From Lentisphaerales bacterium (GTDB lineage Bacteria > Verrucomicrobiota > Kiritimatiellia > SPBP01): DNA of 64,000 bases. Both the position numbers and the translations under genes were made by a program. Shown here in pieces: positions 39,983-48,168 of the stretch. The notes under the pieces are model-generated. The model worked only from the letters and a program-made list of their open reading frames with translations, was not told the origin of the DNA and did no database searches. The stretch's first letter is position 1; every line of letters starts with the position of its first letter. The stretch lies in assembly GCA_032123355.1 (NCBI GenBank), contig JAQBFM010000215.1:9325-73324 (forward strand), written 5' to 3'.

Positions 39983-40204
39983 CAAGGAATATCCAAGTTT
40001 CAAGGTTAACACATGAATCGTAATCGTCCTCGCCTGCACGACGAAGCCACGAAGGGCGAAGTCGGGTCCTCAAATAGGGTGTGAAACAGAAATCAAGACG
40101 TCACGAGCTACGGCCGGAAAGGAGAGTGCGGTTCCCTTGGTCATTGGATTTGGGTGTTGGATATTGGATATTCGTTTTCGTTCTTTCATAGAATTCTTGA
40201 CACT
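39983..40204. repeat. MITE-like element Y (TIRs GGAATATCCAA / TTGGATATTGG) carrying nested M1/M2 modules
   Basis: The ends match 52783-52920 (~90% identity over ~30 bp on the left and ~75 bp on the right). The internal segment differs and here contains AATCGTCCTCGCC...CGACGAAGCCACGAAGGGCGAAGTCGGGTCCTCA. Confidence 0.7.
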
Positions 40205-40230
40205 ACCATTCTTCCCCCAGAACCCGGCGG

Positions 40231-41925
40231 TCAGCCTTTTCGTGCACGGTCCCGGATGCCGATCAGCTTCTTCATTGCACCATTGAGTTTGCCCCTGAAT
40301 CGCGGAGTTCCGAACGCATCATGCATATCCTTATACATAGCGTACAGCTCAGCATAGGCCCTGGCATGTGCCTTATTCGGCTTATAAACCTTCGATTCCA
40401 CGCCTGCCATACGCTTCTGGGCCGATCCGGTGTCGTTATACACGCCGCCTGCAACGGCCCCGAATATGGCAGCGCCCAGTGCACAGGCCTGGGGTGACCG
40501 GCTGATCTTCATGGACCGATTGAAGACATCGGCATAAATCTGCATCAGAAGTGCGTTCTTTTCGGCGATTCCGCCGCAAGTAACCACTTCCTTTACCTTC
40601 ACGCCATATTCCTCGAACCGGTTAATGATGGTAAGGGCGCCGAACGCGGTTGCCTCAATAAGGGCGCGATAGACCTCCGGTGCACTCGTATGCAGAGTCT
40701 GCCCGATGAGCAACCCGGTAAGGAGCGGATCGACCAGGATTGTCCTGTTGCCATTATTCCAGTCAAGCGCAAGCAGGCCGCTTTCGCCCGGCTTCAATTT
40801 TGCAGCAGCCCGCGACAGGTTCACGTGCGGATCGCCTTTCGAATACTGCGGCGGACACAGACTGTTCACAAACCAGTTGAATATATCGCCCACCGCCGAC
40901 TGCCCCGCTTCAAGACCATACATGCCGGGCACAATCGAACCCGGGACGATTCCGCAGACCCCGGGAATATCCTTAAGCTTCCTGCCAAGCGACGAAACCA
41001 TCATATCGCAGGTTGATGTCCCGATGATCTTTACCAGCGTGCCGGGCTTCACGCCTGACCCAACGGCGCCGTAGTGCGCGTCGAACGCGCCGACTGCCAC
41101 CGGTATACCCGCAGGTAATCCCACTTTCCTTGCAACGGCCGGCACAAGACGGCCGGCAACCTGGTCGGAAGCCAACGCCTTTCGATACAGCCGGCTGCGC
41201 AGCTTCGCGAGGTCCGGCGAGAGCTTCTTCAGGAACGAGACTGACGGCAACCCGCCCCACTCTTCATTATACATCGCCTTGTGCCCCGCAGCACACACAC
41301 CGCGCGCCATCTTCAGCGGATCAGTGTTACCGGTGATGTAGCCTGGCACGAAATCGCACGCTTCCACCCAGGAATAAGCGGCCTTGAAGACGTCCGGCGC
41401 CACATTCCGGCAATGCCAGACCTTCGACCAGAACCACTCCGAGGAATAAGTCATCCCACACTTCGCCAGGTACGGCACCCCGCTCTTCCGGGCAATCTCC
41501 GTGATCTTCGCCGCTTCCTCGTGGCCGGTATGATCTTTCCAGAGCCAGGCATGGGCGTTCAGGTTTCGCTTGAACTTTGCCGTCATCGCCAGCGGCACAC
41601 CCTTGCGGTCGACCGGTATCGGTGTCGAGCCCGTGGTGTCTATGCCTATGCCGACAACCCGGTCGGGCCGGAACCCCTTCTCTTTCCCGGCGCGCTTGAC
41701 CGCCGCCGCAACTGAAACAAGAAAACCGCTGATGTAGTCTGCAGGATTCTGCCTCGCGAGATTCGGATCTTTGGGATCCAGCAGAATGCCCGCCTTCCCA
41801 CTGGGATAGTTGTATACATGCGTGCCGAGTTCCTTGCCGTTGTCGACATCAACAACAAGTGCACGCACACTGTTGGTGCCGTAGTCTACTCCGATCGAGA
41901 ACCTTTTGCCTGACGTCTTGCTCAT
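40231..41925 (-). CDS. araB: Ribulokinase (FGGY carbohydrate kinase family)
   Basis: The N-terminus FSIGVDYGTNSVRALVVD is followed by the FGGY N- and C-domains over the full length. Confidence 0.85.
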   Translation of the reverse strand: MSKTSGKRFSIGVDYGTNSVRALVVDVDNGKELGTHVYNYPSGKAGILLDPKDPNLARQNPADYISGFLVSVAAAVKRAGKEKGFRPDRVVGIGIDTTGSTPIPVDRKGVPLAMTAKFKRNLNAHAWLWKDHTGHEEAAKITEIARKSGVPYLAKCGMTYSSEWFWSKVWHCRNVAPDVFKAAYSWVEACDFVPGYITGNTDPLKMARGVCAAGHKAMYNEEWGGLPSVSFLKKLSPDLAKLRSRLYRKALASDQVAGRLVPAVARKVGLPAGIPVAVGAFDAHYGAVGSGVKPGTLVKIIGTSTCDMMVSSLGRKLKDIPGVCGIVPGSIVPGMYGLEAGQSAVGDIFNWFVNSLCPPQYSKGDPHVNLSRAAAKLKPGESGLLALDWNNGNRTILVDPLLTGLLIGQTLHTSAPEVYRALIEATAFGALTIINRFEEYGVKVKEVVTCGGIAEKNALLMQIYADVFNRSMKISRSPQACALGAAIFGAVAGGVYNDTGSAQKRMAGVESKVYKPNKAHARAYAELYAMYKDMHDAFGTPRFRGKLNGAMKKLIGIRDRARKG

Positions 41926-42039
41926 CTGTTATTGCCCTCCGTCTTTGCTACTCAGTGCCGTCCAAACCATGTGTGTGAGTGTGTGGGTATGTGAGTGGGT
42001 GAGTTCATTAGTCATCTCGTACACCTACTCATACACCTA

Positions 42040-42290
42040 CTCGCACACGTAAATTTCTCAATCTTCATCCGTCATCCTTCCGCCTTAAGATTGGCGCGTA
42101 TTAGTATGGATGTCATGTTGTGATTTCCGTTTGACACCTTAGTTCGAGGACGAGGACCGTTCGCGCCGCTCACTGAGGACAAGGACGATTTCTCGTCACA
42201 CCCCCACACTCCGATACTCCCATACTCCCACACGCAATCAGTTCCCTGACACCTGAACACTGAACTCTGAACACTCCCCACACACGTCAG
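42040..42290. repeat. Mosaic intergenic repeat region (M1-M3-M4 arm)
   Basis: CGAGGACGAGGACCGTTCGCGCCGCTCACTGAGGACAAGGACGATTTC, M3 and CCTGACACCTGAACACTGAACTCTGAAC. Confidence 0.65.
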
Positions 42291-42496
42291 TTCCCTGTGG
42301 CCGGACTCACAACCAACCGGTCGCCTTCAACTCTCAGGCTGTCGATTCTCCTTATCCTGGCCATTGCTTCCGCGTCTTCATAAACACCTTTGGCCAGGTT
42401 TTCTTCACGGAAAGCTGTCGTACAGCCGTAGAACCAGCAACCCCGTCCGCTCTTCTTTGGCGGAGCACTTATTGCCGCATTCTGATCAGGGATCAT
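42287..42496 (-). CDS. Small hypothetical protein (69 aa)
   Basis: It is ORF-only with no recognisable domain. The end abuts a repeat region, so it may be spurious. Confidence 0.25.
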   Translation of the reverse strand: MIPDQNAAISAPPKKSGRGCWFYGCTTAFREENLAKGVYEDAEAMARIRRIDSLRVEGDRLVVSPATGN

Positions 42497-42677
42497 GTCT
42501 AGCTCCGGTTTCGTTTGTTTCTCATGGCCAGGGTCTTGCGCAAGCCTGAAAAGATATTCAATCGCGACACCCTTGTCAACGTGCCTATGGGTTCGTGCTC
42601 TTGCAAACCGTCGTCAAAAAGTCCATAATAAGCGCGTCAGGGATGCCGAAGCAGGTGTATGAGAAGGCGGGCACGCG

Positions 42678-44213
42678 ATGAACTACAAGTCCGGCAGTGC
42701 GGTGATTGCGCTGGTGTGTCTCGTCGCAGGATTCCGCCCTGCAGGGGTTGATGCTTCGTACAAGGACGATATAGGCTTCACGAGGCTCGCGGCGGAGCTT
42801 GGACCAGGCGTTCCAACGGGAACAAATATCACCGTGACCCAGGTCGAATCGCCCATCGTTGTGTCAACAAACTATTTTGTCATGCCGGAACCGAGCGAGC
42901 CCGCGTTTGCAGGGAAGAGCTTCGAGAACAGGTCCGGCGCCCCTACGAACGGTTCCTGGCACGCCACCGAAGTCGGCCGGAATCTCTACGGCGCCAACAG
43001 CATCGCTTCTAGCATCAATCTGATCTCCGTTTACGATGCGAATCACTGGCTCACGAATGGCTACCTTCACAGGTACGACACGTCGTTTGAGCCGGACGTT
43101 GAGACCAACCGTATCCAGAATCATTCTTGGGTCGGCGATTCATCTGCACGCATAGACATAATCAGGCGGCTCGACTATGCGATCGTGCGCGACGGCTTCA
43201 CCGCAGTTGTGGCCTTACATAACATCGGCGCCTTTCCTCAAGACCTTCTTGCTCATAGTTACAACGCCATTGTCGTCGGCAAAACGAGCGGTGAACATAA
43301 TGCCGGACTGACGGTATTCGACGAGCCCGGCCGTATAAAGCCGGATATCGTAGCGCCGCTGAGCGGAACCAGTTATTCGGCCGGGCTCATCAGCGCGGCT
43401 GCCGCCCTGATGATGCAGACGGCAGACGATAACCCCTCACTCACAAATGCTACCAGGCCGGAATGTATCAAAGCCCTGCTGATGGCCGGTGCAACAAAGA
43501 CGGAGTTCCCCGGCTGGGACCGGACAACCGCGCGACCGCTTGACGATGTTTACGGCGCCGGCGAGCTGAACGTATACAACAGCTATTACATCCTGACCGG
43601 TGGCGAGCAGCCTGCAGATGAGTCGAACACCGTCTCCTTAACCGGCTGGCACTACGGGTCCGCATCCGGCTCGGTAACATCGCGTTATTTCTTCGCGGTG
43701 CCGCCGACAAACGTGATGGTGAGGATATCGGCCATGCTCACCTGGAACCGGAACATATATGACCTGCCCTCGGCCGGCTTCAATCCACTTGCCTCTCTCG
43801 CGGACCTGAGCCTGAAGTTCTACAGCGCAAGCAACTTCGTGCCGATCATGCTGCTTGATGAAAGCACGAGCGCAGTTGACAACGTGGAACACATCTATCA
43901 GCAGAACCTGCAGCCGGGCCAGTACGCCCTCGAAGTTGCCGGGGACAGTGCGACCAACTATTGCCTCGCATGGTTCGGGCAGGCTGGAACAACGCCGGGT
44001 ATTGCGTCGGTCGGACTCACGAACGGCCAGTTCACGTGCAGCGTGGACCTCACAACAGGTTACGACTACATCGTCGAGGCGACTACGAACCTGCTGGACA
44101 CGAACGGCTGGTCCGTCCTGGAGACCAATACACCCGGCGTCAGTCCGTATTACTACGTCGATACAGACTCAACCAATGTGCCATTGCGCTTCTATCGGTT
44201 CACTGTGCACTAG
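42678..44213 (+). CDS. Secreted S8-family (subtilisin-like) serine peptidase, divergent, with C-terminal beta-rich domain
   Basis: A signal peptide is followed by Asp-, His- and Ser-region-like blocks (YKDDIGF, GSWHATEVGRNLYG, LSGTSYSAGLISAAAALMMQ). Confidence 0.55.
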   Translation: MNYKSGSAVIALVCLVAGFRPAGVDASYKDDIGFTRLAAELGPGVPTGTNITVTQVESPIVVSTNYFVMPEPSEPAFAGKSFENRSGAPTNGSWHATEVGRNLYGANSIASSINLISVYDANHWLTNGYLHRYDTSFEPDVETNRIQNHSWVGDSSARIDIIRRLDYAIVRDGFTAVVALHNIGAFPQDLLAHSYNAIVVGKTSGEHNAGLTVFDEPGRIKPDIVAPLSGTSYSAGLISAAAALMMQTADDNPSLTNATRPECIKALLMAGATKTEFPGWDRTTARPLDDVYGAGELNVYNSYYILTGGEQPADESNTVSLTGWHYGSASGSVTSRYFFAVPPTNVMVRISAMLTWNRNIYDLPSAGFNPLASLADLSLKFYSASNFVPIMLLDESTSAVDNVEHIYQQNLQPGQYALEVAGDSATNYCLAWFGQAGTTPGIASVGLTNGQFTCSVDLTTGYDYIVEATTNLLDTNGWSVLETNTPGVSPYYYVDTDSTNVPLRFYRFTVH

Positions 44214-44290
44214 CAGTGCGTCGGACTTAGCCCCTCCTTCGTCGGAGCAAAGTCCTGGCCCTGCTAGTTAGTTTTGCTTCGCAAAACTGA
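44210..44290. repeat. REP-like element R1 (copy b, inverted, degenerate)
   Basis: CTGCTAGTTAGTTTTGCTTCGCAAAACTGAT is the reverse complement of the R1c head. The hairpin is imperfect and sits immediately after the peptidase stop. Confidence 0.55.
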
Positions 44291-44588
44291 TGCGGAAGAT
44301 CGGGGATCCGCTTGACCCGGACTTGATCTGGCGGGGCCTTATCCTACCGGAATTGCCAACAGGTTACGTTCATTCGCTAGGAGTCTGTCGGACTTTCGCC
44401 ATGCGAAAGTCCTCCATACTCCTCCTGAGTTTTGTAAGTGTTTGCACAATAAGCTCTTGCAGAACCAACCAAGAAAGTTCCGGAAAATCCGAGGTCTGGT
44501 TTCTTCTATATATAGTAGGGATGGAGTCTGCGGGGGTGGGCCTTGCATCCATTCGAACGACGAGGGGACGGCCGTATCGAGGCTTATT

Positions 44589-45245
44589 ATGGAGATAATC
44601 GTTGATGATCGAGAGTCAAATGCAGGGGTCCTTACACACCTGCAAGCCATCCAGACCTTGACGGTCGCGGTCAGGCGCCTGCCTGTGGGCGACTACTTGA
44701 TCGATAAGCGGGTAGTCTTTGAGCGCAAGACTCTCCATGATCTGGCGATCTCAATCATTGATGGCCGCCTGTTCAATCAGGCTTGTCGCCTGGTTTCGTG
44801 CCCATACCGTCCTGTCTACATTATCGAGGGCCAAACTTCGGACCTGGCTGCGAGTGGAATACGCCGCGAAGCCTATCAGGGGGCCATTATCAGTCTGACT
44901 GTGCTGTTCAATCTTCCTCTCTTGCGATCCAATAACGCCGAAGAAACGGCTCGCCTGATCAGGTACGCCGCGGGACAGATGGATCGGACAGCCAAGGATT
45001 CCCTATATCGCCCCGGTTATCGACCAAAAGGCAAACGCAAGAGACAGATCTACATTCTTCAGGGCTTGCCCGGCATTGGACCCGGGCGAGCAGCGCGTCT
45101 GTTGGACATGTTCGGAAGTGTAGAGGCAGTCTTCTGTGCGCGTGCGGACGCTCTATCGCAAGTGGAAGGTGTGGGGCAGAAAACGGCCGGCAAAATCCGG
45201 CAACTGATCACCGAAAGATGGATACCCGGGGCACAGAAGACCTGA
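44589..45245 (+). CDS. ERCC4-type (XPF/Mus81/Hef-like) nuclease with C-terminal HhH motif
   Basis: ERCC4 signature IIVDDRES ... VGDY ... ERKTLHDL. HhH motif LQGLPGIGPGRAARLLDMFGSVEAV. ATG at 44589. Confidence 0.7.
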   Translation: MEIIVDDRESNAGVLTHLQAIQTLTVAVRRLPVGDYLIDKRVVFERKTLHDLAISIIDGRLFNQACRLVSCPYRPVYIIEGQTSDLAASGIRREAYQGAIISLTVLFNLPLLRSNNAEETARLIRYAAGQMDRTAKDSLYRPGYRPKGKRKRQIYILQGLPGIGPGRAARLLDMFGSVEAVFCARADALSQVEGVGQKTAGKIRQLITERWIPGAQKT

Positions 45246-45310
45246 GACATTTCCAGCATTACGCGCCGGTGCCAAGGCAGTTGCCGAAGGAACGATCGAA
45301 AAAATGAAGA

Positions 45311-45383
45311 ATCAGTTTTGCGAAGCAAAACTATCTAGCAGCGTTAAGACTTTGCGTTAGACTCAAAGTCTCAACGCTGCTAG
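45311..45383. repeat. REP-like element R1 (copy c)
   Basis: ATCAGTTTTGCGAAGCAAAACTAT is followed by a ~19-bp stem CTAGCAGCGTTAAGACTTT / AAAGTCTCAACGCTGCTAG. Confidence 0.65.
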
Positions 45384-45904
45384 TGCTGATGCAACTTGCG
45401 ATGTTCTTCGGCATGCCTGGCCGATGGGGTATGCGAGGGCGCGGTTGACTGCGCGGAGGCCCATGCAATGGTCTGCTGGAGAATCTCCCAGCGGTGCCGG
45501 GAATTCCAGTGTCGCTCCCGCTTCTGCTCTTCCCGCACCTTGAGTTCGTCCAATGTCATGTCAGTCGCCCTGTACTGCTTTGCGAAGCCCATCCAGTCGA
45601 AACCTGCGTTGGCCCGACTTCTCCAGGGCTTCCTCCGCTCTCAGCATATCCTCATCCGAAAGACCAAGATATTCGACGTCCGAGGCCGTCTTTCCCCTGT
45701 ACGCTCTGGCCCGACATTCGTTCCAGTCACCCAGCCCCTTAACCCTCCTGAAGACATCAATTGCTCCCAAATCGCTGGTCAAGCAGAACACGGTTTGTTT
45801 CGCCAACCACCTCGGTTGTCGCTGCGCAACCGGTCCCCACTCGTGGTCGGATTCGCCCCATTCCGCGCCAAGCCCATAGTCGCAACCGGTTATCAACGCC
45901 TGCT

Positions 45905-48139
45905 TCAGTTCAAATCCAGCAAGCGTGTCTTCTCCGCAGCGGACAGTGATGAATCTCTTATCCACGCATCTGCTGCTGCCGCGTCCGTACTGCGCCACGC
46001 GCGGATACTCCTGTCTAGGGCAGGCGTGCGAATCGCCGTGTCGTCTATCGTTGTCGATAATCGGCAGGCCGTGGCGGAATCAGACAAGATGCTTGAGTTG
46101 ACCAGCGACAGAACGGCCTGGTCCTTCGATCTGCCGACAGGCAGACCATCAACCCAGGCCGACACGAGATCCGGCTCATCGCGAAGCATGGCAGATGTTA
46201 TTGCCGAGAAGGCTTTTTCGCGGCCGGCGCATTCACTAAGCAACAGAGCCATGTTCTTCGACCTGGCAAGATCCGTTACGGCCAGTTCCGCGGCCACCCC
46301 GCCGATCGCGCTCTCACGCGAGCCGGCGGCCGACAGGCTGTCGGCCCACGCAAGGGCTGCATCAGGATCGGACGCCGCCCTGTACGCTCCTATCTGGGCA
46401 ATGGCATAGTCCCGACCGTTCTCGGCATCCATCGCTCCGGCCCAGCTTGAAGCAGCTTCGAGGTCACGTTCCGCCCACTGGTAAGCAATGCTGCCAAGCA
46501 TAGAGATTTTCGTCTCACTGTCCGTCATGTTCCCCAGAAAGCCTGCGGCGACCGACGGATCCGTTTTCGTCAGCGCCATCGTTATAGTAGATACGGCGCC
46601 GGCCTTTGCATGATCGTCGTCCAGGCTCAATGCCCATTCCGCGGCTGTGTCGGCATCCCTTGCCGTCCAGTCCCATACGATGACCCGCATCGTTGCATCC
46701 ACCGGACGGCCGGCGGGCAACTGTGCCATCGCCCATGCGGCTGCCGCGGATGGATCGTCAATTGCCCATTGCACTGCAATTGCGTGAACCAGTCCGTTCC
46801 GCAACTCACCATCAGGAAGTTGTTCAACAAGATCGACCGCTATGGACGGATCGAGATACAGCAGGTCAAGTCCCTGTGCCGGTTCCGCTTCCTGCCCGGC
46901 CGACTCGACACCTTCAAGTGCGCTCTCCCGGTCGCCGGCATCCGTTAACTGCTCGGCCCACTCCTGAGCGGTTTCGGCATCCGTTTCTGCCCTGACTCCT
47001 GCCAGTGCCGTGACCGCCGCCTGACGCGCCGTGTCGGAGTCAATGGTGAACACCCAGTCTGAAGCTGCCTGCAGATCCTGCCGCGCCCACACCAGGGCAA
47101 TTCTGCGAATGGTATCTGTCTTCTCATCTCCATCCGGCATGGCTGCCGCCAGAACCGAAGCGGCTTCTGGATTCGATTTCGCCAGGACCTGCGCGATTGT
47201 CGCAAGCGCTTTGTCGCGTTCGCGCTCTCCGGCAAGCTGCATCACCCAGGCATCCGCTTCATCCGTGTTGCGCAGAGCCCAGTCGGCAAGCCGAACCTGG
47301 AGCAGCGGAGACGAACCCCGCCCGCCGGGAATCTGCTGTTGAACCCATTGCACTGCTCCCTCCATATCACTTTCGGCAACAAGAGAAGCGATGGCGAGAA
47401 TGGTCGTGTCGCGAGTCGGCCCTTCCGGCAATTGCTCTGCCCAGGCCCTGGCCGCGGCGCTGTCCGATGAGTAGAGCTGCCTGCCGATGTTCGCGAGCGC
47501 GTAGTCGCGACCCGCGCCCGCGGGGAGGCCCCAGGCCCAGCCGGTGGCTGCGTTCAGATCCTTTCCAGCCCAGTAATAAGCAACTGCTGCAAACGCAAGA
47601 CCGGCTGTCTCAAAGCTCTCCAGCTTTGCAAGTTCACCGGCCGCGCTTTCGGGATCCGATTTCGCCCACACCTGAAAAACGGTTCTGATCGCGCTCTCGC
47701 GAGAACCACCCGACGCCACTGCCGACGCGCGCGCCAGCGCGGAGCGTGGATCGCGTTCGGCAAGTTTCCAGAAAGCGTAATGCAGCGCGAACGAAAGGTT
47801 TCCCGACGCCTTCACATTCTTCAGCGCCCAGTCGATGGCCGCGCCAGGATCAGTCGCGGAAAGCCGAATCACATGATCCCGGTCAGTACGCCAGTCCGGA
47901 CCGACGGCGGACGAGTATGCCGTCGGAACTGGTGGTGGCGGACGAGTTGAGCTGACTGAGGTCGCAGACGGTCGAGTGCCCGCGGCGTCGGCCCTCGGCT
48001 CAAGTTCACCCGACATCGCAGGCTCTTCAATGGCGCCCGCGGCCGCATTCCGGGTCGACCATGCCCTGATTGAAATCAACACCGCAACGGCAGTCACCAC
48101 GCCAAACAATAGGACAACAGTAATCTTCGCTTTCGACAT
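45905..48139 (-). CDS. Membrane-anchored tandem-repeat protein (~16 x ~33-aa helical repeats, HEAT/TPR-like)
   Basis: An N-terminal TM anchor (ITVVLLFGVVTAVAVLISI) is followed by repeats of consensus DP..A..WA..LP.G..RD.A...IA..WA.. The function is unknown. Confidence 0.6.
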   Translation of the reverse strand: MSKAKITVVLLFGVVTAVAVLISIRAWSTRNAAAGAIEEPAMSGELEPRADAAGTRPSATSVSSTRPPPPVPTAYSSAVGPDWRTDRDHVIRLSATDPGAAIDWALKNVKASGNLSFALHYAFWKLAERDPRSALARASAVASGGSRESAIRTVFQVWAKSDPESAAGELAKLESFETAGLAFAAVAYYWAGKDLNAATGWAWGLPAGAGRDYALANIGRQLYSSDSAAARAWAEQLPEGPTRDTTILAIASLVAESDMEGAVQWVQQQIPGGRGSSPLLQVRLADWALRNTDEADAWVMQLAGERERDKALATIAQVLAKSNPEAASVLAAAMPDGDEKTDTIRRIALVWARQDLQAASDWVFTIDSDTARQAAVTALAGVRAETDAETAQEWAEQLTDAGDRESALEGVESAGQEAEPAQGLDLLYLDPSIAVDLVEQLPDGELRNGLVHAIAVQWAIDDPSAAAAWAMAQLPAGRPVDATMRVIVWDWTARDADTAAEWALSLDDDHAKAGAVSTITMALTKTDPSVAAGFLGNMTDSETKISMLGSIAYQWAERDLEAASSWAGAMDAENGRDYAIAQIGAYRAASDPDAALAWADSLSAAGSRESAIGGVAAELAVTDLARSKNMALLLSECAGREKAFSAITSAMLRDEPDLVSAWVDGLPVGRSKDQAVLSLVNSSILSDSATACRLSTTIDDTAIRTPALDRSIRAWRSTDAAAADAWIRDSSLSAAEKTRLLDLN

Positions 48140-48168
48140 GTTTCCATCTCCCGCGTCGGCAACCTGCG

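Noticed and set aside
24950-42290. Possibility that the modular repeat regions are CRISPR arrays
   Set aside because: They show no constant-length repeat or spacer periodicity. The modules occur in both orientations and different orders. No cas genes are adjacent.
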